DNA of 64,000 nucleotides. Origin: Opitutales bacterium. GTDB taxonomy: Bacteria > Verrucomicrobiota > Verrucomicrobiia > Opitutales > UBA953. The translations under genes and the position numbers were made by a program. The notes under the pieces are model-generated. The model did no database searches. It saw nothing but the letters and a program-made list of their open reading frames with translations, and was not told the origin of the DNA. The stretch spans positions 46,050-110,049 of the forward strand of contig JBBAUX010000003.1 in NCBI GenBank assembly GCA_040398005.1, written 5' to 3'. Positions 27,742-37,944 of the stretch are shown piece after piece (the first letter of the stretch is position 1; every line of letters starts with the position of its first letter).

Positions 27742-27972
27742 GCTTCGACGTTAGCACAATTATTTCTATTTTGCAAACAACCAATCGATATTAGAGGGTG
27801 AATCTGTAAAAAATAGGCATGATAAGGGGGGCACGACCGACGTATGACATGCAGCCATGATGAACAAGGCGTCAGACCAGTTTAACGGGTGACCTAAATA
27901 ATAATTCCTAGATAATTCTATTAAAACTTTACTATAATTTTTTGGTGAGTAGTTTTTAGTCGGTATATATTC

Positions 27973-28494
27973 ATGGCTAAAAAATCACCGCAGCAGAGAA
28001 ATTCCCATACCAAAGAATCGCACCTCGTCATCCAAGACGCCCTTTTACATGTCGTAAAATCAAGTACTTCGAAAAAGAAAACTCAGTTGGAAGTGCATCG
28101 CGAAATCGCCAAGTCGCTCAATATTTCTACCGCCATGTTATACAAGTGGCGCGAGCAACCCCACAAGGGTTCTGGTCACCCCAACCCCTTGGATCGTGTC
28201 GCCACGCTGATTAGTGCGACGGGCGATGAGCGGATTGTCGACTGGCTGGCCCATAAATTAGGCGGGCACTTTATTCGCGATGAAGTACACGGTGCGTCCC
28301 CCGAACTTTTCCGTGCTTCCAATGCACTCATTAAAGATTTTAGTCTCTTAGTCACCGAATTGGCCAATGCCTGTGATGACCAACAGATTTCCCCCGCTGA
28401 GTCCGTGGGTTTACGCGAAAAATGGAATTCACTAAGAAAACGGGCGGAGGGTTTTGTTCGGGCCTGTGAAAAAGGCACCTACGGGGCTAAGTAA
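27973..28494 (+). CDS. Phage CII-like HTH regulatory protein
   Basis: HTH EIAKSLNISTAMLYKW.E, NPLDR, L.WL....GG.F, DD.QIS..E...LR..W. Confidence 0.7.
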   Translation: MAKKSPQQRNSHTKESHLVIQDALLHVVKSSTSKKKTQLEVHREIAKSLNISTAMLYKWREQPHKGSGHPNPLDRVATLISATGDERIVDWLAHKLGGHFIRDEVHGASPELFRASNALIKDFSLLVTELANACDDQQISPAESVGLREKWNSLRKRAEGFVRACEKGTYGAK

Positions 28495-28539
28495 AAAATA
28501 GTCTGTTGCTTCACCCAAGAAGGGTTATGGTTTAACACG

Positions 28540-29118
28540 ATGACCGCTCAACCCGTCCATCTTTATGGAGACCCGGTGCTCCGCGCCCAAGGTGATGTCG
28601 TGCGCGAATTTGGTCCAGCCCTGCGGGCGATTGGTGATGGTATGCTGGCCTCAATGCGCGCCGCCCGCGGAATTGGTTTAGCCGCGCCTCAAGTGGGATT
28701 ATCCCTTCAACTTTTTGTCATCGATGTTAAGGACAAAGAAAATCCCTTGATTTTAAACGGTAAAGTCGTCGATCCCGACACCGTCATGCCAATGCTTTTT
28801 GCTAATGCTACACTCACCATCCCGGCGGGCGAAAAAGAAATTTACACCGAAGGTTGTCTGTCTTTTCCCGGCATCACGGGCGAGGTCGAGCGGGTTGAAA
28901 AAACGATTGTGCAGTTTAGAGATGCGTCCGGTGCCCCACACACCCTCGAGTGTGCAGGCATCTTAGCTCGATGCGTCCAACATGAACACGACCACTGCCA
29001 GGGGGTTTTATTTATTGATCGAATGACTCGGGCCCATCAGTTGCTCGTTTCCTCTAAAATTAAGAAACTAAAAACAAAGACTCTGGCCGAATTAAAAAAG
29101 ATTAAACCGAAGTCTTAA
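28540..29118 (+). CDS. def: Peptide deformylase
   Basis: GIGLAAPQVG, EGCLS, QHEHDH. Confidence 0.97.
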   Translation: MTAQPVHLYGDPVLRAQGDVVREFGPALRAIGDGMLASMRAARGIGLAAPQVGLSLQLFVIDVKDKENPLILNGKVVDPDTVMPMLFANATLTIPAGEKEIYTEGCLSFPGITGEVERVEKTIVQFRDASGAPHTLECAGILARCVQHEHDHCQGVLFIDRMTRAHQLLVSSKIKKLKTKTLAELKKIKPKS

Positions 29119-29119
29119 T

Positions 29120-30343
29120 TTATTTAGTCGGACGCGTTGCCGGCGCACCCACGGTCTTAGTGGCGTCGCTCGACTTTACCTGTTCTTCTAATTTTATCGA
29201 AAGCAGACCGACTTCAATCACGTCAGAGCCACTAGCCTCACAGGAAATTTTGAAGTTTTTGTTCAAGTCATTACCTTCTAAAGACATAATTTTCCAAGTG
29301 GCTATAGCACCGTCGAGGCTGGGCGCATCGCCTCCCAAAATATCGACGAGCGATTGGCTCGCACTGACCCCAACTTTACTATCACTTAAACAAAGGTGTT
29401 TTAAGAGCGCATTTCCGAGAAGTGAATTCGGACGAGCGTATGAGACTACCCGATCACCCGAAGATGAAAGACGTGGTAAAAAACTTTTTTCATCACGTAA
29501 ATTCACTGTAGCATTATAAACCTTAGCCACCGACTCGGAGGAATTAAAAGTAGTTAAGTACATTTCTGATCCAATCAGACGCATGGTGTACGCATCGGCC
29601 ATTCTTACCATTAACAAGGTGAGACTGTTATCATTCGTGAGACCATAGACCTCAACCCACACCACCGTAGCATTACGCGGAGATGACACTTTCCAATCTT
29701 TGGTTAATTGCGGTGCAGTTGTATCCGAACCGACTTTATAACTATAACCATCCTCGGGCACCGGGGCCAAACCCACGGCGTCAGCCTTCGTCCATGCGGC
29801 CCGCAATGATTCAGTGACCGCGGGTGCTTTTAGAATCTTTCCGTCATTAAGAACCGTCATCGATCCAATAATGTGATGAACTTTATACCCACCATCGCGG
29901 GCAATTTTCTGCAAGCGGACCGACGCTAAGTTTAAACAGTAACCCACCTTAAATTGGGTTAAATTATAGGATAAATCTACTGTTTTGTGTAAATCTTTGT
30001 GACGCGCCGTGGCCACGCGACGTAGCCGATCCAAAGTTACTGCAGCCGCCGACACCTGGGCTTTTCCTTCATCAATTATTTTTTGGGCACGCGCTTTAAC
30101 TTGTTCAGGTGTTTCCTGAAAAGCTCCTGTCGTCGTGAGGCGTGGGGCGTTTAAAATACTGTTACCTTGTTGCAGACGTTGCTGACCCTTCTCTAATTGT
30201 TGTACAGCCCTGCCCCATTCCATGACCTCACCCTGATTAGCTTTCAGGTACTGCGGCACTTCCGGATCAGAAATTAAATTAATAGGTGCTGGCGCAGTCT
30301 CGGCAGCAGCAAGAAGAGCGAAGCTAGCAAGGAGTGCGTACAT
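29120..30343 (-). CDS. Hypothetical secreted protein
   Basis: 407 aa; signal peptide, N-terminal coiled coil, alpha/beta domains; 2 nt downstream of ptsH. Confidence 0.75.
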   Translation of the reverse strand: MYALLASFALLAAAETAPAPINLISDPEVPQYLKANQGEVMEWGRAVQQLEKGQQRLQQGNSILNAPRLTTTGAFQETPEQVKARAQKIIDEGKAQVSAAAVTLDRLRRVATARHKDLHKTVDLSYNLTQFKVGYCLNLASVRLQKIARDGGYKVHHIIGSMTVLNDGKILKAPAVTESLRAAWTKADAVGLAPVPEDGYSYKVGSDTTAPQLTKDWKVSSPRNATVVWVEVYGLTNDNSLTLLMVRMADAYTMRLIGSEMYLTTFNSSESVAKVYNATVNLRDEKSFLPRLSSSGDRVVSYARPNSLLGNALLKHLCLSDSKVGVSASQSLVDILGGDAPSLDGAIATWKIMSLEGNDLNKNFKISCEASGSDVIEVGLLSIKLEEQVKSSDATKTVGAPATRPTK

Positions 30344-30345
30344 TT

Positions 30346-30633
30346 TTAAGACTCGTCGAACTTACGGTTAAAAAGAATTTCCATTTCCTCGAAGAATTGC
30401 GCCGACTCTTTACCTTTAACCGAAAATTTCAAGCGCGAGCCTTGGCCGGCGGCCAACATCATCAGACCCATAATACTCTTTCCGTTAACTACTTCGTCGT
30501 CTTTGGAAACCGTTATCTCGAGGTCAGCATAACGATTAGCCAGACGAACAATCTGTGCTGACGGACGCGTGTGAATGCCCATTTTATTTTGGACAGTGAA
30601 TTCGCGGGCAATAACCTCAGTTTTTTCTTCCAT
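30346..30633 (-). CDS. ptsH: Phosphocarrier protein HPr
   Basis: GIHTRPSA (His15) and NGKSIMGLMML (Ser46). Confidence 0.95.
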   Translation of the reverse strand: MEEKTEVIAREFTVQNKMGIHTRPSAQIVRLANRYADLEITVSKDDEVVNGKSIMGLMMLAAGQGSRLKFSVKGKESAQFFEEMEILFNRKFDES

Positions 30634-30775
30634 GGAATAGGGCGAAGTGGTTGGGGAAAGTATAAAGGAAGGGGCATTGTGAAGGCTAAAGGGTCAAGTC
30701 TAAACCCCTACTCTGCAGGTTCGCTTGACCTTCCTGTCAAGACTCCTCCAATCATAACCATAAATCTGCACTCCC

Positions 30776-31882
30776 GTGGCCAAGCCCGCTATCATCACCC
30801 ATCCTGAATCTCTGAAAAACCCAGCAGGGCCATCGGAGTATTCTAAACACCCGGTCAATACCTCCCTTACTAAAGAAGCTAAGATTGCGCTCTATACCAA
30901 AATGGCACGCATCCGCCATTTTGAACAGCGCTGCATCCGCATCTACCAACAAGGAAAAATTGGCGGCTTCCTCCACCTCTACGTCGGCCAAGAAGCCGTG
31001 GCTGCTGGAACGATTTCACTCTTAGGTAAACACGATCACATCATCACCGGCTATCGCGATCACGGACACGGTCTGATGGTCGGCATGAGCATGAAAGAAT
31101 GTATGGCAGAATTAACCGGCAAAGTAACCGGATGCTCCAAAGGTAAGGGCGGCTCGATGCACTACTTTGCTCCTGATAAAAATTATTGGGGCGGTCACGG
31201 AATCGTCGGTGGCCAAGCTCCCCTCGGAACCGGACTCGCTTACGCCGTAAAATACCGCGGAGAAAAAGGTTCATGCTTCACCTACATGGGTGATGGTGCC
31301 GTCAACCAAGGGGCGGTCCACGAAGCTTATAACTTAGCCTCACTCTGGGACCTGCCGGTTGTTTTCGTCGTCGAAAATAATGGCTACTCGATGGGCACAT
31401 CCCAAGAACGCTCCACCGCACACCCGGGTTGCTTAGCTAAACGCGCCGAAGGTTACAACATGGCCTGGGATATGATTAACGGCCATGATGTTTACGAAGT
31501 GCGTGCGAAAACAGCCGCCGCCTTAAAACGCGCCCACGAAGAATCTAAGCCCACCGTTTTAGAAATTTTCACCTATCGCTATTTCGGTCACTCCATGGCC
31601 GACCCCGATAAAACTTATCGCGATAAAGAAGAAATCAAAGACTACCGTGATAAAAAAGATCCGGTGCTTCTCTTTGAACAAGAATTACTCGGTGAAAAAG
31701 TTCTGACTGCTGAACTCGTTGAATCGATCAACGCCGCCGCCATGGAAGAAGCCGATGCTGCGGCGGTCTTCGCTGATGAATCACCCGAGCCAACTTTTTC
31801 CGACATCACCAAACATATTTATTGGGAAGAAGATAATCGCGGCAAAAACACCACTAGCAGTGGAACCATTATTTTTGAATAA
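30776..31882 (+). CDS. pdhA: Pyruvate dehydrogenase E1 alpha
   Basis: GGFLHLYVGQEA, GKGGSMH, GDGAVNQG...N TPP motif, YRY.GHSMADP. Confidence 0.96.
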   Translation: MAKPAIITHPESLKNPAGPSEYSKHPVNTSLTKEAKIALYTKMARIRHFEQRCIRIYQQGKIGGFLHLYVGQEAVAAGTISLLGKHDHIITGYRDHGHGLMVGMSMKECMAELTGKVTGCSKGKGGSMHYFAPDKNYWGGHGIVGGQAPLGTGLAYAVKYRGEKGSCFTYMGDGAVNQGAVHEAYNLASLWDLPVVFVVENNGYSMGTSQERSTAHPGCLAKRAEGYNMAWDMINGHDVYEVRAKTAAALKRAHEESKPTVLEIFTYRYFGHSMADPDKTYRDKEEIKDYRDKKDPVLLFEQELLGEKVLTAELVESINAAAMEEADAAAVFADESPEPTFSDITKHIYWEEDNRGKNTTSSGTIIFE

Positions 31883-31890
31883 TTAATTTC

Positions 31891-32868
31891 ATGCCCATTA
31901 TTTCCTACAGAGAAGCGCTTCGAGCCGCCATGCGCGATGAATTAAAGCGCGATGAGAACGTTGTTATCATGGGCGAAGAAGTGGCTCAATTCAACGGAGC
32001 TTATAAAATCACCGAAGGCTTACTCAAAGAGTTTGGCCCTAAGCGCGTGGTGGATACCCCCATTTCTGAAGCGGGCTTCATCGGCCTTGGCATCGGTGCA
32101 TCCATGTTAGGCATTCGTCCTGTCATGGAATTGATGTTCTGGTCCTTCTCTTACGTCGCCTTCGACCAAATTGTAAACAACGCCGGCAACATTCGCTACA
32201 TGTCTGGCGGACTCATTAATTGTCCGATTGTCATTCGTGGACCCGCCAACGGCGGAACCAACGTCGGGGCTACCCACTCACACACGCCTGAAGCCATTCT
32301 CGCTTCCCACCCTGGAATCAAAGTAGTTTGCCCAGCCACTCCGTACGACGCCAAGGGATTATTAAAAGCGGCCATCCGCGATAACGATCCGGTGTACGTC
32401 ATGGAAAATACTATTCTTTATAATGATAAGGGCGAAGTGCCCGACGAAGATTATATCGTCCCCATCGGCGTTGCAGACATTAAACGCGTAGGCACCGATC
32501 TCACCATCGTCGCCCACGGTCGTGCCGTCATCACCTCACTCAAAGCCGCTGAGATTCTTGAAAGAGAGCACGGCGTCAGTGTTGAAGTGGTTGACCTACG
32601 TTCCATTCGTCCGCTCGACGAAGAAACGATTCTCGCTTCCGTCCGCAAAACTCACCGCGCACTCCTCGTTGAAGAAAATAAACCCTTCTGCGGAGTCGAC
32701 GCCCAAGTAGCCTATTTAATTCAAGCCCGTGCATTCGATGAATTGGACGCTCCCATCGGTCGAGTTTCCTCCATCGACGCTCCCCAAATTTATTCCAAGA
32801 AATTAGAGGACTTACAACTTCCCTATCCCGCTCGCGTGGTTGAAGCTGCCCTCAAAGTTCTCGCCTAA
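31891..32868 (+). CDS. pdhB: Pyruvate dehydrogenase E1 beta
   Basis: MGEEVAQFNGAYK, DTPISEAG, VGATHS, EVVDLRSIRPLD. Confidence 0.96.
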   Translation: MPIISYREALRAAMRDELKRDENVVIMGEEVAQFNGAYKITEGLLKEFGPKRVVDTPISEAGFIGLGIGASMLGIRPVMELMFWSFSYVAFDQIVNNAGNIRYMSGGLINCPIVIRGPANGGTNVGATHSHTPEAILASHPGIKVVCPATPYDAKGLLKAAIRDNDPVYVMENTILYNDKGEVPDEDYIVPIGVADIKRVGTDLTIVAHGRAVITSLKAAEILEREHGVSVEVVDLRSIRPLDEETILASVRKTHRALLVEENKPFCGVDAQVAYLIQARAFDELDAPIGRVSSIDAPQIYSKKLEDLQLPYPARVVEAALKVLA

Positions 32869-32888
32869 TTTTCTAACACACTTCCACC

Positions 32889-34169
32889 ATGGCTGAAATT
32901 ATTGATATGCCCAAACTTTCCGACACGATGTCGGTGGGTACACTTGTTAAATGGAATATTAAAGAAGGCCAAGTGGTGGTCTTCGGAGATATCCTCGCGG
33001 AAATCGAAACGGATAAAGCGACTATGGAACTTTCCTGCACCGTTCCGGGAACCATCTTAAAAATTTACGCACCCACTGGAGCGCAACTTCCCGTCGGTGA
33101 TCCTATTTGTGCGATTGGTAAAAAGGGTGAAGTCGCTCCCGATCCCAAAGCAAAAGCTCCCGCAGCGAAATCAGCTCTAGCGATTCCCGAGTCCGCCGGC
33201 ATTCCTTGCATTCCTGAAGCTCCTAAATCTTCAAACGCCCCTACCCCTGCGCAAACCGACGGTAGTCGTACAATCATTTCCCCTTACGCCAAACGTATGG
33301 CAGAAAAAGCAGCGATTAATGCCGCTTCCCTTTCTGGAACTGGCCCAGGAGGTCGCATCGTCGCTCGTGATGTTGCAGCCGCAGGCTCAACACCCGCTAC
33401 TCCCGCCGCACCAGCCGGCCCAATGAATGTTGCCGTAACTCCTCCAGCGGACGGCAAAGGAATTCAAGCCGATGCGGATCAACCTGTCAGCGGAATGCGT
33501 GCCACGATTGCACGTCGCTTAGTAGAATCTAAAAACACCGTTCCTCACTTCTACCTCGAAGTTGAAGTGGACGCCGCTCCGCTTTTAGCGATGCGCGAAA
33601 CTTTAAATAAACGTCTCGCCGAAGCCGCTGGTGAATCCGCTCTAAAACTTTCCGTAAATGATTTCATCTTAAAAGCATCGGCCGAAGCATTGCGTAAAAT
33701 TCCTGCCGTCAACGCTTCATGGGCTGGCACCAGTATTCGCCAGCACTCCGCCGTTCACTTGGCCTTTGGCGTCGCCCTCGAAGACGGCTTAGTCACTCCC
33801 GTCATTCGCGATGCTCACTCGAAGTCGCTTAAAGAAATCGCGCTCGATGCGAAAGCACTCATCAACAAAGCCCGTGCGAAGAAGCTTTCGCCCGCTGAAA
33901 TGTCCGGCTCCACCTTCACCGTAACGAATCTCGGGATGTACGGCGTCACTGGATTCTTCGGCATCATCAATACGCCGAACGCGGCCATTTTATCCGTCGG
34001 TGCTACCATTAAGAAGCCCGTGGTTGATGCTTCTGACCGCATCGTGATGGGCCAGCGCATGATCATCGGTCTATCCGGAGATCACCGCGTGGTCGACGGA
34101 GCTAATGGTGCACAATTCCTCCAAGCGTTAAAACAGATCATCGAAGCCCCTACTTCGATTTTAATCTAG
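32889..34169 (+). CDS. pdhC: Pyruvate dehydrogenase E2 dihydrolipoamide acetyltransferase
   Basis: One lipoyl domain (EIETDKATME), GTGPGGRI binding domain, DHRVVDG catalytic motif. Confidence 0.96.
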   Translation: MAEIIDMPKLSDTMSVGTLVKWNIKEGQVVVFGDILAEIETDKATMELSCTVPGTILKIYAPTGAQLPVGDPICAIGKKGEVAPDPKAKAPAAKSALAIPESAGIPCIPEAPKSSNAPTPAQTDGSRTIISPYAKRMAEKAAINAASLSGTGPGGRIVARDVAAAGSTPATPAAPAGPMNVAVTPPADGKGIQADADQPVSGMRATIARRLVESKNTVPHFYLEVEVDAAPLLAMRETLNKRLAEAAGESALKLSVNDFILKASAEALRKIPAVNASWAGTSIRQHSAVHLAFGVALEDGLVTPVIRDAHSKSLKEIALDAKALINKARAKKLSPAEMSGSTFTVTNLGMYGVTGFFGIINTPNAAILSVGATIKKPVVDASDRIVMGQRMIIGLSGDHRVVDGANGAQFLQALKQIIEAPTSILI

Positions 34170-34186
34170 TTTTAGTTTAACTTCTT

Positions 34187-34225
34187 ATAAGCCCAGAGTG
34201 CTCAAGCATTCTGGGCTTATTTTTT
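34187..34225 (+). terminator. Intrinsic terminator after pdhC
   Basis: ATAAGCCCAGAGTGCT-CA-AGCATTCTGGGCTTAT followed by a T run. Confidence 0.85.
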
Positions 34226-34919
34226 AGAAAAGTTTTATGGATGATAAACCGCCGTCGACGTGGATAATTTGCCCACTCATAAAACGCGCGGCATCCGAAA
34301 GTAAAAATTCGACAATTTCCGAAAACTCGGCCGACGAACCAATGCGCTGCAACGGGTGACGTTTCGCCGAAGCTTCTTTCTTTAAATCAGAATTAAGTAA
34401 TGCCGCGGCCAAAGGTGTATCGGTGAGTGAGGGAGCAATCGCATTTACCCTAATTACTGGTGCCCACTCGGCAGCTAGACTTCGGATCAATCCTTCCACC
34501 GCGCCTTTGGCCGACGCAATACTGGCGTGCATCGGCATGCCTTGCGATACCGCGACTGTTGAAAATAAAATAACAGATGCATTGCCCGAAGCTTTGAGAG
34601 CAGGGAGTGCTGACTGTAGTGCAGCAACGGCACCCAATAAATTTACTTGGAAATCTTTTTGAAAATCTTCCGCCGTTAAACGGTGAAAAGGTTTTAGCTG
34701 AATTGTGCCTGGAAAATAAACTAGGCCATCTAGTTTCTCGGGCCACACCAACGAACCGGGCGCATTGGCCTCGAACACTTGTGCAGAGATACCTGAATCA
34801 GCCAATCTCTCCGGCGAGCGACAGGCCACGTGCAAAATGTATCCCTTGGATTTAAGGTGATCGATGGTGGCACGACCGATACCCGACGTTCCGCCAATAA
34901 TTGCAATGTGCTTAGACAT
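34224..34919 (-). CDS. Short-chain dehydrogenase/reductase, atypical
   Basis: GGTSGIG, IRVNAIAPSLTDTP, GQIIHVDGG; IASAK in place of YxxxK. Confidence 0.9.
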   Translation of the reverse strand: MSKHIAIIGGTSGIGRATIDHLKSKGYILHVACRSPERLADSGISAQVFEANAPGSLVWPEKLDGLVYFPGTIQLKPFHRLTAEDFQKDFQVNLLGAVAALQSALPALKASGNASVILFSTVAVSQGMPMHASIASAKGAVEGLIRSLAAEWAPVIRVNAIAPSLTDTPLAAALLNSDLKKEASAKRHPLQRIGSSAEFSEIVEFLLSDAARFMSGQIIHVDGGLSSIKLF

Positions 34920-34979
34920 AGGCATAGGATTGCCAGCCTTGTTCCTAGGTCAAACAACCAGCGTCATTTTCTAAAAAGA

Positions 34980-35930
34980 TTATTTACGAACGGGCTTCTT
35001 ATCTTGGTTTGCAGCGAGTTCGTCCTCTGAAAATTTGGTGACTACACCACCAGCCGGAACCTCGGCCTTTGCGGTCCAGATAATCGCATTAAGAACTAAC
35101 ATGCGCTGATTATCGTTGGCCCAACCTGAATGATAATGCCCACCGCAAAAGCCGAAACCGCGTCCACCATCATTTCTACTCACCGCCCACGCAACAATCT
35201 GGGGCTTCTTTTCTTCTAATACCTCTCGGCGAACATCAGGATTGCCGACATAGGGTCCGTCCTGAGAACTCATCATTTCAGAGGGTACGTTAGAGATAAG
35301 AATGGGCGTAACTCCCTCCATCTTATCTTTAAAGCGCATATGAAAATACCACTCGTCTTGGGAGTTAAACGATTTCACTCCGCGACTAATGGGGTGATCG
35401 GGTAATGATTTAAAATCCGCCGTCCAATGCGGGTTCACAGAATAATATGATTCAAAGTAACCGCCGAGCCAGTCTTTGAATTCCTTTGCTCCTTTGCCTA
35501 CAGAAAATCGTCCCGCGGGCGGCGGACTCACGGGTTTGCCGTCCACACTCAACCAACCCGCGCGTTCGTAAGCAGGCTCTACCGCATAGTGAAGACAAAC
35601 GAAGCCACAACCGGCAGACATCTTCTTGGCTAGTTGATCGAGATGAGGGAGCGCGGGATGTTTTTTGCCACCATCAGAATAAATCACAATCGTGTCCGCC
35701 GCGGCGATTTGTTCATCAGATGGCCATTCACCGTTTAACGAAAAACTGACCTTAACTAAATCGGGCACCGCTTGTTTTAAACCAGCGGCGAGGAGTTGGA
35801 TGCCGGCATTATGTTCATGTTCTCCGGGGCCATGACTCGGCGATCCCGCAATAAGCAGAACATTCTTTTTGTCTGCAGCACACAGCACAGTGGCGAGTGA
35901 AACTGAAACAATTAAAAGAAACAGGCGCAC
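34980..35930 (-). CDS. ThuA-like domain secreted protein
   Basis: LIAG.PSHGPGEHEH.AG, YSDGG..HP, DEWYF, GGRGFGF.GGH.H..W; GTG 35930 likely start. Confidence 0.85.
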   Translation of the reverse strand: MRLFLLIVSVSLATVLCAADKKNVLLIAGSPSHGPGEHEHNAGIQLLAAGLKQAVPDLVKVSFSLNGEWPSDEQIAAADTIVIYSDGGKKHPALPHLDQLAKKMSAGCGFVCLHYAVEPAYERAGWLSVDGKPVSPPPAGRFSVGKGAKEFKDWLGGYFESYYSVNPHWTADFKSLPDHPISRGVKSFNSQDEWYFHMRFKDKMEGVTPILISNVPSEMMSSQDGPYVGNPDVRREVLEEKKPQIVAWAVSRNDGGRGFGFCGGHYHSGWANDNQRMLVLNAIIWTAKAEVPAGGVVTKFSEDELAANQDKKPVRK

Positions 35931-35934
35931 AAAA

Positions 35935-36789
35935 CTATTTCGTTCGACCAAATAACCGGTGAAGGTTTTTCAGACCCTTGACGGGGATGTCGTCTTTTCT
36001 GGCAACAATCGTTCGCCAAATAGCGGCAGCCCGCGCAATCACTTTAACATCAGGCGTAAAGGATTCGATAACCACATCACCACGATAGCCCACTTTTTTG
36101 AGAGCGGCGACGATGGGCTTCCAATCTAATGAGTCTTCCCCAGGGATACCTCGATCAGTCCCACAGGCATGAAAATGTCCTAAATGCTTACCCACTTTAA
36201 GAATAGCAGCGGCCTGATTTTTCTCCTCAATATTCATATGAAAGGTATCGAGGTGTAATTTTACGTAGTTGGATCCGACGGCCTTAATTAATTTTAATCC
36301 TTGGTCTACGGTATTCAAAAAATCGGTTTCAAAGCGATTGAGTGGTTCAATACATAATTCAATTTTTCGTTGTTCCGCATAACGCGCTAACTTTTTTAAA
36401 TTTTTAACCACTAGTTTAAAATGATGCGCTTTAGTTTTTTCATCATGGGCACCCGTCAGCCCAACCACGGAGTAAATCGGTCCAATCACTCTTGGGGAAT
36501 TTAAAGCGACCGCTTGATCAATGAGGGCCATCAAATAGACCATCGCCGTTTGTTGAGCTTTAACGCTGCCCCGAAAATCTCGACCCGGACCCATCGCCGC
36601 ACAAACCGCTCCAATCTGGATTCCCGCTTTCTCCGCAGCATTCTTTACGAATGCAGGATTAATATGGTCAGGACTTTCAATCGCGATTTCGACGGTATCA
36701 AAACCCCATTTTTTGAAACGCTTAAAGAGCTTCACTTCCTTATCGGTAAAAGGAGAAGTGTATAAGAATGTATTAATGCCGAATCGCAT
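35935..36789 (-). CDS. Sugar phosphate isomerase/epimerase (D-psicose/tagatose 3-epimerase-like)
   Basis: EPLNRFET, LDTFHMNIEE, HFHACG.DRG.PG, VIESF. Confidence 0.9.
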   Translation of the reverse strand: MRFGINTFLYTSPFTDKEVKLFKRFKKWGFDTVEIAIESPDHINPAFVKNAAEKAGIQIGAVCAAMGPGRDFRGSVKAQQTAMVYLMALIDQAVALNSPRVIGPIYSVVGLTGAHDEKTKAHHFKLVVKNLKKLARYAEQRKIELCIEPLNRFETDFLNTVDQGLKLIKAVGSNYVKLHLDTFHMNIEEKNQAAAILKVGKHLGHFHACGTDRGIPGEDSLDWKPIVAALKKVGYRGDVVIESFTPDVKVIARAAAIWRTIVARKDDIPVKGLKNLHRLFGRTK

Positions 36790-36894
36790 GGGGTAAGAGA
36801 AAGCGACTCTATTTACGCACACCATGGGGTCAAGTTTGGGAATATTTTAAAGGTTACGCTTCGCTTTTGGGTACGATGTAATTTAGATGATGTT

Positions 36895-37944
36895 ATGGAC
36901 AACCTCACCCACGCAGTCCTAGGACTTTCTGCTGGCGTCGTCGTTGCCCGCAAAGGTGGGTCTTTGCCAGCGGCTGCCGTCGCTGCATTTCTGGCTGCGG
37001 AAATTCCCGACATCGATGTGTTCATCCGCAGTGTTGACGATCCCTTAGCTTCTTTTCGCTGGCATCGACACTTCACCCATAGTTTTTCTTTCATGCCCAT
37101 CTGGGCCGTGGTCTGTGCTGGATTTACCGCTTGGTTTTTTAAATGGATTAACAAACCAGGAATCAATTGGCGGGAGTTAATTATTCCGGCCTTGGCGGGT
37201 TCACTCACTCACCTACTCTGCGATGGTTGTACGAGTTATGGTACCATGCTGCTGTGGCCATTTAATGAAATACGTTATGCGTGGGACTGCTTACCGATTG
37301 TCGATATTTTTGCGACCCTCCCTTTATTAGTTTTAACGATTATCGCCCTCGCCAAATCCTCCAAGAAAATCGCAGCCGTCGGTTTAGTTTGGTTTTGTAG
37401 TTATGCTGGACTCGGCATTTATCAGCATGCCCGCGCGGAAAAATCTCTGCGCGTTTGGCTGAACCAACAAAAAATTTCGCCGGAACGACTCGCGGTTAAA
37501 CCAACCATTTCAAATCTTATTCTGTGGCGCGGCGTTTGGTTGCACGAAGGCCAATGGCAAGTAGCCGCCGTCCGAGTGATGCCCTTTACTGACACCCTCA
37601 TCGCCCCGGGAGAAAAGCGAGTGGCTTGGACGCTAAGCAGTGTCGGCAATCCCCCTCCAGGCTCGGAAGGCGAAAAATTGATTACCGACTTCACGCGCTT
37701 CACCCAGGGCTGGAACGCCTACAGTATGGAAGCGTCCGGAATTTTAATTGGTGATATCCGCTTTGCGATGCTCCCCGATAGTACGCGCTCTCTTTGGTCG
37801 GTCTATTATGGTAAAAAAGATAAGTCCTACCCTGGATCAGATATTGCTGATGTCATTATGGACCGGAAGGTAAACGAAGCCGATTGGGCTCACCTGAAAG
37901 ATCTTCTTTTAGGTGAAGATAAAAATTACCAAATAGTTAATTAA
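36895..37944 (+). CDS. YdjM-like metal-dependent membrane hydrolase
   Basis: MDNLTH..LG, PDID, HRHFTHS, H.LCD..TSYGT.L.WPF. Confidence 0.88.
   Translation: MDNLTHAVLGLSAGVVVARKGGSLPAAAVAAFLAAEIPDIDVFIRSVDDPLASFRWHRHFTHSFSFMPIWAVVCAGFTAWFFKWINKPGINWRELIIPALAGSLTHLLCDGCTSYGTMLLWPFNEIRYAWDCLPIVDIFATLPLLVLTIIALAKSSKKIAAVGLVWFCSYAGLGIYQHARAEKSLRVWLNQQKISPERLAVKPTISNLILWRGVWLHEGQWQVAAVRVMPFTDTLIAPGEKRVAWTLSSVGNPPPGSEGEKLITDFTRFTQGWNAYSMEASGILIGDIRFAMLPDSTRSLWSVYYGKKDKSYPGSDIADVIMDRKVNEADWAHLKDLLLGEDKNYQIVN

Noticed and set aside
27742..27972. Possible riboswitch or leader peptide in the longest intergenic gap
   Set aside because: No recognisable aptamer or stable fold by eye; only a 13-codon ORF; fits divergent promoters
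30776..34169. pdh operon lacking E3 (lpd)
   Set aside because: Common arrangement; E3 is often encoded elsewhere
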